From Xanthobacteraceae bacterium (GTDB lineage Bacteria > Pseudomonadota > Alphaproteobacteria > Rhizobiales > Xanthobacteraceae), in assembly GCA_030037895.1 (NCBI GenBank), contig JASHPW010000075.1:5899-69898 (forward strand): a DNA stretch of 64,000 nt, in the 5' to 3' direction. Below, piece by piece: positions 46,433 to 55,782 of this stretch. The notes under the pieces were generated by a model that was not told where the DNA came from, did not search any database, and saw only the letters and a program-made list of their open reading frames with translations. A program made the translations under genes and the position numbers. Position 1 is the stretch's first letter, and every line of letters begins with the position of its first letter.

Positions 46433-48403
46433 CTAAGCCGCAAGTCTGCGCTCTATCCAACGCTCGTGCCAGAATACGGCGTTCATGATCGTCCACAGGT
46501 GGAACCCGTAGTTGACCCGGCCCTCGACCTGCCCGCGGAGAAGACCCATCACGTAATCTCGATCAAAGAACCCCTCGCGATAGATGGCCGAACTCTCCAG
46601 CGCGGCGATGCAGCGGCGGCCGAAGCTTGGCTCCTGAAACCATTTGTCCATGGGCGCGCCGAATCCCTGCTTGCGCCGGTACAGCAGATCGTGGTCGACA
46701 TAGGTTTCCGCAAGCTTCTTGAGGATGCGCTTACCGAGGCCGCGATCGAGTTTATACGACGGCGGCAGCCGCATGGCGAATTCAATAACCTCGTGATCGA
46801 GAAAGGGGACCCGGGCCTCGATCGAATGCGCCATTGTCATCTTGTCGACGCGCATAAGCAAGTGCTCGGGAAGCCGCAGCTTCATCTCCATATAGGGGAT
46901 CTTCGCCAGCACCTCGGGCTCGACAAGCCGGCCGCCGAGATCGCCCAGGTACTCGTGCACCACGGCATGGCTGTCCAGCGCGCGCAGCGCGCCGGGCAGC
47001 AATCCCTCAACCGGACAATTGATCGAACCGCGGAACGCATTCGCGTTCGGCGTCAGTTGCTGGCGCATCGCGCCCCACCAACATACCGCGCCGCCCCAGA
47101 ACAACTCTTGTCCGTTCAGCGCCCGCCGTCCGATCTCCTTGTCCTCGGCGCTCGCCAGCAACTTGACCGCGGAATGCTGAGCGTTGCGCGCCGGCTGATA
47201 CACTTCCTCGTACTTTTTCCGGTAATGCTCGCACCACCAATAGCCGAGAAAATTCTCGTCCGCTCCCTCGCCGACCTGGACGACGGTGGTGCCCGACTGG
47301 CGCACGAGACGGGCTAAGAAGTAGAGCGGGATGCAAACATTGTCGGCGATCGGCTCGTCCTGAAGCTCGACCAGAAGCGGAAGAAAGCGCAGCGCTTCCT
47401 CGCCGTTGATGCGCGTCTCATGATGTTCGGTCCGGTAACGGCCGGCCACGCGCCGCGCGTGCTCGAATTCATTGAATTCATCGTGCGTCTCGTAGCCGAC
47501 GGTAAACGTCGTCACCGGCCGATCCATCAGCTCGCTCATCAGCGCGACGTTGAGGCTGCTGTCCACGCCGCCGGACAGCAACACGCCGAACGGCACGTCG
47601 GAAACCATCCGCCGCCGGATCGACAGACGCAGCAGGCGCAGCAATTCGGTCAGCGCGTCGTCGAAGCTCAGATCGCTTTCCGAGAACGCGTTGGCGGCCA
47701 GCGGCTTGCAGTCCCAATAGCGCTGCGCGACGGCGCCGCCTTTGTGATCGATCGTCACCATGGTCGCGGCCGGCAGCTTGAAAATGCCGCGGAACATGGT
47801 CAACGGAGCCGGCGCGACAATAAAGGTCAGATAGTGCCAGAAGGCGACAGGATCCATCTCGGCCGGAACCTGCGGATGCGCCAGCAGCGCGCGGATCTCC
47901 GAGGCAAATAGCCACTCGCCGGTACGGGTCCTGCTGATGTATACCGGCTTGATGCCGACGCGGTCGCGGATCAGATGCAAGCGCGGTTGGCCGGGATTGC
48001 GACCGTCGTAAATGGCGATGCCCCACATGCCGCAGAATTTGCGGAAGCAGTCGAGTCCCCATTCTTCGTAGGCGTGCAGCAGGACTTCGGTGTCGGAATG
48101 GCTGGTCCGCCAGGTGTATTTGTTCAACGCTTCGAGCTCGCGGCGGACTTCCGCATGATTGTAAATCTCGCCATTGAAAATGACGGCGACGTCGCCGGCG
48201 TCGTTGAGCATGGGCTGATTGGCCGCCGCGGAGAGATCGATGATGGAGAGCCGGCGATGACCAAAAGCGCAATGGCCGTCGGCTGAGCGCCACAGGCCGG
48301 CGCCGTCGGGCCCGCGATGGCTCATTCGATCGCGCATCGCCGCGATGACGGCATCGGCCGTGCAATCTCCCGCGGGGCTGAAAGCCCCGACCAGCCCGCA
48401 CAT
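46433..48403 (-). CDS. Asparagine synthase (glutamine-hydrolysing) family amidotransferase, copy 2
   Basis: The protein starts MCGLVGAF. RGPDG, FNGEIYNH and the PP-loop SGGVDSS are present. Confidence 0.9.
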   Translation of the reverse strand: MCGLVGAFSPAGDCTADAVIAAMRDRMSHRGPDGAGLWRSADGHCAFGHRRLSIIDLSAAANQPMLNDAGDVAVIFNGEIYNHAEVRRELEALNKYTWRTSHSDTEVLLHAYEEWGLDCFRKFCGMWGIAIYDGRNPGQPRLHLIRDRVGIKPVYISRTRTGEWLFASEIRALLAHPQVPAEMDPVAFWHYLTFIVAPAPLTMFRGIFKLPAATMVTIDHKGGAVAQRYWDCKPLAANAFSESDLSFDDALTELLRLLRLSIRRRMVSDVPFGVLLSGGVDSSLNVALMSELMDRPVTTFTVGYETHDEFNEFEHARRVAGRYRTEHHETRINGEEALRFLPLLVELQDEPIADNVCIPLYFLARLVRQSGTTVVQVGEGADENFLGYWWCEHYRKKYEEVYQPARNAQHSAVKLLASAEDKEIGRRALNGQELFWGGAVCWWGAMRQQLTPNANAFRGSINCPVEGLLPGALRALDSHAVVHEYLGDLGGRLVEPEVLAKIPYMEMKLRLPEHLLMRVDKMTMAHSIEARVPFLDHEVIEFAMRLPPSYKLDRGLGKRILKKLAETYVDHDLLYRRKQGFGAPMDKWFQEPSFGRRCIAALESSAIYREGFFDRDYVMGLLRGQVEGRVNYGFHLWTIMNAVFWHERWIERRLAA

Positions 48404-48522
48404 GACCTCGACCTCGCAAAATTCCCAGCCGCAGGGCCACGCCTATATCGCATGCGTGCTTGCGACCTTCAACTGGCCGCGGCGCGAACGAAGGATGAGT
48501 TTGGCGCGCCTTTGCCGGCGGT

Positions 48523-50127
48523 TTAGCGCAGTGTCCTAATGCGATCCAAGAGGCGCGATACCTGCGCGCCCCAGCTATGCCGAAGCTCGGCTTGTGCCCG
48601 CGCCGCGCCGCCAAGCCGCGCACGCAATGATGGATTGTCGATCAGCCGCTCGAGGGCCTGCGCCAGTTTGCCCGCGTCGGCGGGCGGAACGAGCAACGCA
48701 GTGCGGTCATCCTGAAGAACTTCGAGCGCCTGCCCTATGGCCGACGCGGCGATGCCGCGACCCATCGCCATGTATTCGAATAATTTGGTCGGCGAGCCGA
48801 AGAACGGCGAGCCGTCGGGATTGGGAACGGTCGGCAGAGCCAGAATGTCGCAAGCCGCCAGATACCTGTTTCCCTGATGCTGTGGCACGAGGCCGGTGAA
48901 CACCGCCTCGCCGAGGCGATCGCGTTTCTGCAACAGCTCCTTGACCGCCGGCAGGCGCATGCCGTCGCCGATGAGAAGCAGGCGAATCCGCTCGCGTAAA
49001 TCCGGGCGCCGTTTGAGCAACAGGGCGAGTGCTTCGGCCAGAATCTCCGCGCCATGCCATGGTCCGAATGTTCCAATAAAGCCGATGACGCAACGACCTT
49101 CGAGGCCATGGCGGCTGCGCACGGCGCCGGAGTCGACATCCGGAGCATAGCGCGCCAGATCGACGCCGTTCGGACTGACCATGATACGATCATCGCGAAT
49201 ACCGCGGGCGAGCAAGTGCGCCCGCAGCGGCTCGCTGACCACGGTGACGAGGTCGGCAGCCTCGAGATTGATCTGCTCGATGCGCTCGGCCAGCCCGACA
49301 TAACGCAGCGGGCGACTCCAGCGGTCGGCCATCCATGGCTCCGGACCATTGAACTCGAGCACGAAACGCAAGCCCAGACGGCGCGCGATCAACACGCCGG
49401 TCCAATTGTTCAGGCTGTAGCGCTGATAAACAAGGCAGCCGGGCTTGCTGGCCGCCATCGCCGCGGCCGCGCTGATCAGGCGTGCGTTGTGATTGAGCTG
49501 GTGAAGCTCCGCATTTGCCCAGGTTCGCCGCTCCGGCCGGATGATTTCGACGCGGATGGCCGGGTCGAGCAGCGCTATCGGGTCGGTGGTGAGGAGATCG
49601 ACACCGCCCAATCTGTCCTGGAATTCGTTGAGCACTCCGGCGAGATGCGCGATCGAGCCTCCTGCCACAACGCCATGGCAAAGTTGAGTGCGCAAAAACA
49701 ACACGCCGGACGCTTCCTTCCATGCGGGCGGTGGACGCGGCGAAAGGGCGGTCTGCTGCAACGCCCGGACGGCGTCGTGGGCGGCGCGCAGGACCTGAGA
49801 TGCCGACCACGAGTCGCGGAGCCATGCGAGCACCTGATCGGCGACGCAACGCGTGTTGAGCGCCAGCGTTGTACCCGTCCGATCCTCGATCCAGGCCGGG
49901 CCTGCGGTGAGCAGACGCGTCGCCAATACCGCGCTTATCGGCGGTGGATCGGCCAAATCCTCCACCAACAAACGTGCACTCGGATGCCTTAGAACATGCG
50001 GTCCGATCTTCCCCGATCGCACCAATCCGCGCAAAGTGCCCGGCCTGACCTCCCAGTCGCCGGAGCGTCGGCCGGGATGCGCGAGGTCCAATAATAACGA
50101 CACCGGCAGCGACGTGTTTGCCATCAT
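48523..50127 (-). CDS. Glycosyltransferase (GT4-like) with an N-terminal extension; paralogue of 32802..34928
   Basis: GFIGTFGPWHGAEIL...GSPFFGSPTKLFEYMAMGRGIAAS is present. The track ORF runs up to 50247. An internal ATG (50127 or 50124) is preferred, because a start at 50247 would leave only 18 bp to the divergent asnB-like start. Confidence 0.75.
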   Translation of the reverse strand: MMANTSLPVSLLLDLAHPGRRSGDWEVRPGTLRGLVRSGKIGPHVLRHPSARLLVEDLADPPPISAVLATRLLTAGPAWIEDRTGTTLALNTRCVADQVLAWLRDSWSASQVLRAAHDAVRALQQTALSPRPPPAWKEASGVLFLRTQLCHGVVAGGSIAHLAGVLNEFQDRLGGVDLLTTDPIALLDPAIRVEIIRPERRTWANAELHQLNHNARLISAAAAMAASKPGCLVYQRYSLNNWTGVLIARRLGLRFVLEFNGPEPWMADRWSRPLRYVGLAERIEQINLEAADLVTVVSEPLRAHLLARGIRDDRIMVSPNGVDLARYAPDVDSGAVRSRHGLEGRCVIGFIGTFGPWHGAEILAEALALLLKRRPDLRERIRLLLIGDGMRLPAVKELLQKRDRLGEAVFTGLVPQHQGNRYLAACDILALPTVPNPDGSPFFGSPTKLFEYMAMGRGIAASAIGQALEVLQDDRTALLVPPADAGKLAQALERLIDNPSLRARLGGAARAQAELRHSWGAQVSRLLDRIRTLR

Positions 50128-50265
50128 CGCCTCAAACCACCTATGATAGGGGAGGAATTTGCGGAACTGATGGTCGCGGTCAAGTCGGCCTCGCCGAGAT
50201 TTTTGACAAAGAGCCGGCGGAGTCGAAGCGAAGGATGATGGCGACATCGGAGGCTCCCACTATCC

Positions 50266-52227
50266 ATGTGTGGCATTGTTGGCGCCTTGATATTGGAGGA
50301 TCGAGGAGAGCCTTTGTCGGAGGCCTCCCTCGCGTCGTCGCTCGATTTGATGCGGCATCGCGGGCCGGATGGCGAAGGTGTGTGGGTGGCCGAGGACCGG
50401 CGGGTCGGCTTTGCGCATCGCCGACTGTCGATCATCGACCTGTCGCAGGCCGCTGCCCAGCCGATGTCGGATGCACGCGGCGAAATCTGGATCACCTACA
50501 ACGGTGAGATCTACAATCACGCCGAGCTGCGGGTCGAGTTGGAAGCGCTGGGCCATTGCTTCCGCACCGATCATTGCGACACCGAGGTCATCATCCATGC
50601 TTACCGGCAATGGGGCATCGATTGCGTTCACCGTTTCCGGGGCATGTTCGCGTTCGGCCTTTGGGACGCGCGCAGCCGGCAACTTTGGCTGGTTCGCGAC
50701 CGCATCGGTATCAAGCCTCTGTATTATACGGTCCACCGTGGAAAGCTGGTCTTCGCCAGCGAGATAAAGGCCCTGCTGGTCGATCCGGCGCAGCCGCGAG
50801 CCATCGACGAGGAGGCATTCTTTCATTATCTGAGCTTCCTGGCGACGCCGGCGCCGGGCACGCTGTTCCAGGGCATCCGTAAGCTTCCCAGCGGCTCCAT
50901 GCTCGTGGCCTCGCCGGGGAAAGGCCTGCGGGAATGGCGCTATTGGGATGCGCTGACGGCCGCGCCGCCGATCGCAGGCTCCGATGAGGAGATCGCAGAG
51001 CGGCTTCTGTGCGAACTGCGCAACTCGGTTCGCCTGCGCAAGGTGAGCGACGTTCCGGTCGGCGTCTTCCTCTCCGGCGGAATCGATTCGAGCACCATTG
51101 CCGCTCTGTTCAGCGAGCAAGAGACGGGTCCGGTAAAAACCTTCTCCATCGGCTACGACAGCGACTACCCGAGCTACAAAAACGAGCTGCATTACGCGCG
51201 CGACGTCGCTCGCCGCGTCGGCGCCGAGCATCATGAGGTCAGGCTGGCGCCGCGCGATCTGTTCGAATTCCTGCCGCGAATGGTCGAGCTTCAGGACGAG
51301 CCGATCGCCGATCCGGTCTGCCTCCCGGTCCATTACCTCAGTCGCCTGGCGCGCGATCATGGTGTGGTCGTCGCGCAAGTCGGGGAGGGCTCCGACGAGC
51401 TGTTCTGGGGTTATCCGAACTGGAAACGTGCGCTCGGCCTGCAGCGGCTGGATGCGCGCCTGCCGCTGCCGAGTGCGTTCAAGCGCCTGGGCCTTGCGGC
51501 GCTTCGGGCCTGGGGCAAGGAGGCGACGCTGCCATATGACTGGCTCGATCGGGCGGCGTGCGGCGTTCCGATCTTTTGGGGTGGAGCCGAGGCGTTCAGC
51601 GCCGCGGGCAAATGGCGGCTGCTGTCGCCCCGGCTGCGCAGCCGCTTCAGCGGCCGCTCTTCATGGGAGGCCATCGAATCGATCTACCGGCGATATCGGT
51701 CCGGCGCCGACCGGCCATCGGCGTTGACGTGGATGAGTTACCTCGATCTCAATTTCCGGCTGCCGGAACTGCTTTTAATGCGCGTCGACAAGATGAGCAT
51801 GGGGGCGAGCCTCGAGGCCCGGGTGCCGTTCCTCGACCACGAGTTCGTGGCGTCCGCGATGGGCATTGCCGAGCAAGTGAAGACCCGCGGCGGCGTGCTG
51901 AAGGCCGTGCTCAAACGGGCGGTACGCGGCGTCATCCCCGACGTCATCATTGATCGGCCCAAGCAGGGCTTTGGCGTGCCGGTTCAGGAGTGGCTGCAAG
52001 GCGGCCTCCCTGACGACCTGGCGGCCGTCATCGGCGATTTTCTCGCCGAGACCGATCTGCTCGAGAAAAAGTCGGTCGCAATCCTGTTTTCTGATCGGCG
52101 ACGCAGTGCCCTGGCCTGGCCGGTGCTCAACCTCGCCCTGTGGTGGGACCGTTTCATAAGGCGCGGGTCGACGCTGGCGCCGGCGCAATTGGAGCCGAGG
52201 CGCGCCGCCGCGGGCGCCGTCCGCTAG
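50266..52227 (+). CDS. Asparagine synthase (glutamine-hydrolysing) family amidotransferase, copy 3
   Basis: The protein starts MCGIVGAL. RGPDG, YNGEIYNH and the PP-loop SGGIDSS are present. Confidence 0.9.
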   Translation: MCGIVGALILEDRGEPLSEASLASSLDLMRHRGPDGEGVWVAEDRRVGFAHRRLSIIDLSQAAAQPMSDARGEIWITYNGEIYNHAELRVELEALGHCFRTDHCDTEVIIHAYRQWGIDCVHRFRGMFAFGLWDARSRQLWLVRDRIGIKPLYYTVHRGKLVFASEIKALLVDPAQPRAIDEEAFFHYLSFLATPAPGTLFQGIRKLPSGSMLVASPGKGLREWRYWDALTAAPPIAGSDEEIAERLLCELRNSVRLRKVSDVPVGVFLSGGIDSSTIAALFSEQETGPVKTFSIGYDSDYPSYKNELHYARDVARRVGAEHHEVRLAPRDLFEFLPRMVELQDEPIADPVCLPVHYLSRLARDHGVVVAQVGEGSDELFWGYPNWKRALGLQRLDARLPLPSAFKRLGLAALRAWGKEATLPYDWLDRAACGVPIFWGGAEAFSAAGKWRLLSPRLRSRFSGRSSWEAIESIYRRYRSGADRPSALTWMSYLDLNFRLPELLLMRVDKMSMGASLEARVPFLDHEFVASAMGIAEQVKTRGGVLKAVLKRAVRGVIPDVIIDRPKQGFGVPVQEWLQGGLPDDLAAVIGDFLAETDLLEKKSVAILFSDRRRSALAWPVLNLALWWDRFIRRGSTLAPAQLEPRRAAAGAVR

Positions 52228-52240
52228 CGGGCCGGAACGG

Positions 52241-54463
52241 ATGCCGAACTGGACAACTTATCTGCGCGCAGGCCTGCGCCTTCCTCCGCATGTGGCCGCC
52301 GGGAAGGCCATTGGGCTTTTCGGTCGCCTCTTGCGCCAACAGGCGGCGCGCCGCCGCGATATGCGCGTGCCCACTTATCTCGATGAGGCACCGCGAGGGC
52401 AGCTTCGGCGGCGGATCCGCGTGGCCGCCGATGATATTGCCGCCGACGATGTCCGCTCGCTCTTGCAAGCGACGGAGCATTATCTTGCCCATCGCTTCGA
52501 CCTCCTTGGTTCCGGCTGGGCGGAAGTCCGGCATGGCAGGGCCTGCGCCGGGCTCGCCGGGCACAGCTACCCGCCGGCCGCCGCCGTCGCGGCGGACGCG
52601 GCGGGTGAATGGCTCGCCGGCCGCATCAACGCCGCCAATCTCGCCGAGAGCCGACGAATTTGGCGCTTGATCCGCCAACCTTATGTGCCGATCGACTGGC
52701 AGCTTGATTTCAAGTCCGGCTACCGATGGTCGGAGCAGACCTACTTCCTCGACATCCGCTACGGAGACCGTCCAGGAGCCGACGTCAAAATTCCCTGGGA
52801 GCTGGCGCGGATGCAGCACCTGCCGCAACTCGCTTTGGCCTGCCGGTTCGCACGGCGCGGCGCGGCGGGCTTTCCGTCTTGCGCGCGCTGTGCCGCGGAA
52901 TTTCGCAACCAGGTCCTCGATTTCATCGCGGCCAATCCGCCGCGTTTTGGCGTGAATTGGGCCTGCGCGATGGACGTGGCGCTTCGCCTCGTCAATATTT
53001 TGCTGGCGTTGGACCTGTTTTTCGATGCCGAAGCAGAGTTCGACGCTCCCTTTCTCGGCATCGTCGGCCGCAGCGTCCTCGAACATGGCCGCCACGTGAT
53101 CAGCCATTTGGAATGGTCGGAGGAGGGGCGTGGAAATCACTACCTCGCCGACATCGTGGGTCTGCTTTTCGCCGCCGCCTATCTGCCGCGCTCGATTGAA
53201 AGCGATGCCTGGCTCGCGTTTGGCGCCCGCGAGTTGGTTGCCGAAGCGAGCGGGCAGTTTTTATCGGACGGCGGCAACGTCGAGGGATCGCTCGCATATC
53301 ATCGCCTCTCGGGCGAGCTCCTGTTGTTCGGCGCGGCGCTTTTGCTCGGCCTTGATGACGAAGAAACGGAGGCTTTGTCCCAAACGCCGGCCAAACTCGA
53401 CGGCTCATCCCGGCGGGTGCTCGCGCAGGCTACCTGCGATGTCGATGGGCACGGCGCGTTGCCGCGCGTTCTGTTCACGAGGCTTGCAGCCGCCGCGGGT
53501 TTGAGTCGCTTCGCCACAAAACCAAGCGGGGAGATCGTGCAGTGGGGCGACAACGATTCGGGCAGGCTCGTCAAGCTGCAGCCCGCCTGGCGCCGCGTCC
53601 AAGCCGAGCTGGGAGGGAGCACCTCAAATACCGATGTCGAGACGGCATGCGGCGAGGCTGAACTCGTCGAGAATGTGCTCGATCACCGCTCATTCGTTTC
53701 CGCCGCCGCGGCTCTCACCGGGCGCGACGATCTCAGTCGCTGGGCGGGTCCTTGGCTGGAAGCGCGCGTCGCATCAGCTCTTGCGGGCCGCCGTACCGTG
53801 CCGGTGACGGAGACCCTGGTCGGTGTCGAGCCGGCGGACGCGGTGAGCCTTGAAGATGTTTTGGCGTCCATTGCATCGCTGCCGGTCGAGGCGCGACGCT
53901 TCACCGAGCTTGCTGTGGAGCCGGGCTTACTCGATGGAGTGGTGCACGTCGCCTACCCGGATTTTGGTCATTACGTTGTGGTGGGACCGCGATTTTTTCT
54001 TGCCGTCCGCTGTCCACGGCGCGAGTACGGAGCCGCGCCGGGGCATTGCCACGATGATGTCCTCGCTGTGGAACTTCAGGTGGATAGGAGAAACCTGCTG
54101 GCCGATCCAGGGACTTTCGTTTACACGCCGCTTCCGGAAGAGCGAAATCGTTACCGCGCGGCCGCGGCTCATTCGGTTCCTCGACCCGCCACCGGGTCCG
54201 AAGCCGAACTGTCTCGCGGACTGTTTGAGATCGGAGGTGTCCCCGGGGGACGCTGCCTCTTTTTCGCGGCGACGGGCTTCGCCGGGGAGGCCTGGGGAGC
54301 CGGATGGAGGACGCGCCGCGCGGTGGTTTGCGGTCCTGACAGAATCGTCATTGCCGACGGATGCCTGACGGGGCCGTTGGCTCCTTTGCTGGCGATCGGG
54401 ATGCTGCCCAGATATTGTCGTGCCTATGGTTGCCAGACCCCGTATTCTCCTCGTCTATTTTGA
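52241..54463 (+). CDS. Heparinase II/III-like protein (copy 2), no obvious signal peptide
   Basis: IPWELARMQHL, GNHYLADIVGL and LAYHRLSGELLLFG are present, and the C-terminal half has HCHDDVLAVELQVDRRNLLADPGTFVYTP...AAHSVP. Confidence 0.8.
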   Translation: MPNWTTYLRAGLRLPPHVAAGKAIGLFGRLLRQQAARRRDMRVPTYLDEAPRGQLRRRIRVAADDIAADDVRSLLQATEHYLAHRFDLLGSGWAEVRHGRACAGLAGHSYPPAAAVAADAAGEWLAGRINAANLAESRRIWRLIRQPYVPIDWQLDFKSGYRWSEQTYFLDIRYGDRPGADVKIPWELARMQHLPQLALACRFARRGAAGFPSCARCAAEFRNQVLDFIAANPPRFGVNWACAMDVALRLVNILLALDLFFDAEAEFDAPFLGIVGRSVLEHGRHVISHLEWSEEGRGNHYLADIVGLLFAAAYLPRSIESDAWLAFGARELVAEASGQFLSDGGNVEGSLAYHRLSGELLLFGAALLLGLDDEETEALSQTPAKLDGSSRRVLAQATCDVDGHGALPRVLFTRLAAAAGLSRFATKPSGEIVQWGDNDSGRLVKLQPAWRRVQAELGGSTSNTDVETACGEAELVENVLDHRSFVSAAAALTGRDDLSRWAGPWLEARVASALAGRRTVPVTETLVGVEPADAVSLEDVLASIASLPVEARRFTELAVEPGLLDGVVHVAYPDFGHYVVVGPRFFLAVRCPRREYGAAPGHCHDDVLAVELQVDRRNLLADPGTFVYTPLPEERNRYRAAAAHSVPRPATGSEAELSRGLFEIGGVPGGRCLFFAATGFAGEAWGAGWRTRRAVVCGPDRIVIADGCLTGPLAPLLAIGMLPRYCRAYGCQTPYSPRLF

Positions 54464-55637
54464 AGGTCTCGCGGAGACGGTCATCGACTCGACGGTGCTT
54501 GATCACGCCCGGCAGGTCGGCAAGCAAAACAACGCCGATGTTTCGATCTGGGCGTTTTGCTGCAGCCAAGAGCTTTATCGCAATTCACAGGAGCGCCGCG
54601 TCGCGGCACGACAATTTGCCGGATGCGAATTGCGCATCTTCCGCGGCGTGCGCCCGGTCATCCCGTTCTCGCGTTGGCTGAACGGCTTGCTGTTCCGGCT
54701 GCAGTTGGGCCGCCTACCCAAGCCAGATCTCATTCATGCGCGCACGGATTACACCGCCGCGGTATGCGCTGGCGTCGCACGCGGGCGAATAGGATTGATC
54801 TGGGACTGCCGCGGCGATGCCGTAGCGGAAACCGCGGAGCGCTTGGCGCGGTGGCCGCGGCTGCCGCGTTGGATCAAGACGCTCAGGCTGCGCGGTGTCG
54901 TCAAAATCCGCCGGCGCGCCGCAGCGGCCTGTGATGCGATGATCTTCGTCACGCGATCGCTCGCCGATCTGTGCGGGGCCGATGCCGCCGCCAAGCCGAT
55001 GGCGATAATCCCGACCGCCGCCTCGGAGGATTTGTTCTTCTTCGACGCCGCTCTGCGCGAAAAAATGCGAAAGTCCCTGGGCTTCGAGCCGCGGCACCGC
55101 GTGTTTGTCTACAGCGGAAGCCTGTCGGCGATCCAATGCTTCGACCAGCTTGTCGCTCTGTTCGCGTCGATCCACGAATCCGATCGAGACGCGCGTCTGC
55201 TTGTCCTCACTCCGGAAACCGATAGCGCTCGGCGCCGGCTGGCCGGTTTCGATCCGCAAACCGTCCTGATTCAATCCGCCGCGCTGCAAGATCTGAATAT
55301 GTACCTCAACGCCGCCGATGCCGCCTTCATGCTGCGGCAGACGACGCCGGTGAACGCCGTCGCCCTGCCGACCAAATTCGCGGAATATTGCCTGACAGGT
55401 CTGCCGGTGGTCATGACGGAAGCCGTCCCCGAAGCTTGCCGTATCGCGGCCGACCTCGGCAACTGGGCCAGACACGATGGCGCTCGCATCGATTGGCCGC
55501 CGACATGGAATCGTGCCGATGTCGCGCTGCGGGCGAAAGGTCTTCTCGGCAAGGAACACGTCGCATCAAGATACGAAGAACTATATCGGCGGGTGTTGGC
55601 CGCCGTGGACTGCAGCAAGCGCGACATTAGATCATGA
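54420..55637 (+). CDS. GT-B fold glycosyltransferase (probable)
   Basis: The N-terminus ILLVYFEGLAE and the C-terminal half ...VYSGSL...ALPTKFAEYCLTGLPVVMTE are GT4-like. The ORF overlaps the upstream gene by ~40 nt, so the start is uncertain. Confidence 0.6.
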   Translation: MPMVARPRILLVYFEGLAETVIDSTVLDHARQVGKQNNADVSIWAFCCSQELYRNSQERRVAARQFAGCELRIFRGVRPVIPFSRWLNGLLFRLQLGRLPKPDLIHARTDYTAAVCAGVARGRIGLIWDCRGDAVAETAERLARWPRLPRWIKTLRLRGVVKIRRRAAAACDAMIFVTRSLADLCGADAAAKPMAIIPTAASEDLFFFDAALREKMRKSLGFEPRHRVFVYSGSLSAIQCFDQLVALFASIHESDRDARLLVLTPETDSARRRLAGFDPQTVLIQSAALQDLNMYLNAADAAFMLRQTTPVNAVALPTKFAEYCLTGLPVVMTEAVPEACRIAADLGNWARHDGARIDWPPTWNRADVALRAKGLLGKEHVASRYEELYRRVLAAVDCSKRDIRS

Positions 55638-55720
55638 TCCGGAAAAGTGGGAACCAGTCTTCCGAAAAGATCATGCTCCACCAATAAGCTGGAGCACAAT
55701 TCGATTCCATGGAATCGGAT
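55625..55720. repeat. Intergenic repeat-like element between convergent genes, including a perfect 16-bp palindrome CGATTCCATGGAATCG (55702-55717)
   Basis: The sequence gatcatgatccggaaaagtgggaaccagtcttccgaaaagatcatgctc... translates as MIRKSGNQSSEKIMLHQ. I recall this pseudo-ORF as a dispersed intergenic repeat of Bradyrhizobiaceae-like genomes. The palindrome itself was verified by eye. Confidence 0.4.
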
Positions 55721-55782
55721 TGCGCCTTGAGGTGAGGTCTTGGGCATTGTCGCTGGCGCCGCGATCGTCGCATGGTATTGGA

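Noticed and set aside
50128-50265. Divergent start codons only 18 bp apart (50247 minus strand, 50266 plus strand).
   Set aside because: The first 40 codons of the minus-strand ORF (MSPSSFASTPPALCQKSRRGR...) look non-conserved. An internal Met-Met at 50127/50124 gives a normal ~138-bp divergent promoter region, so the long form was not adopted.
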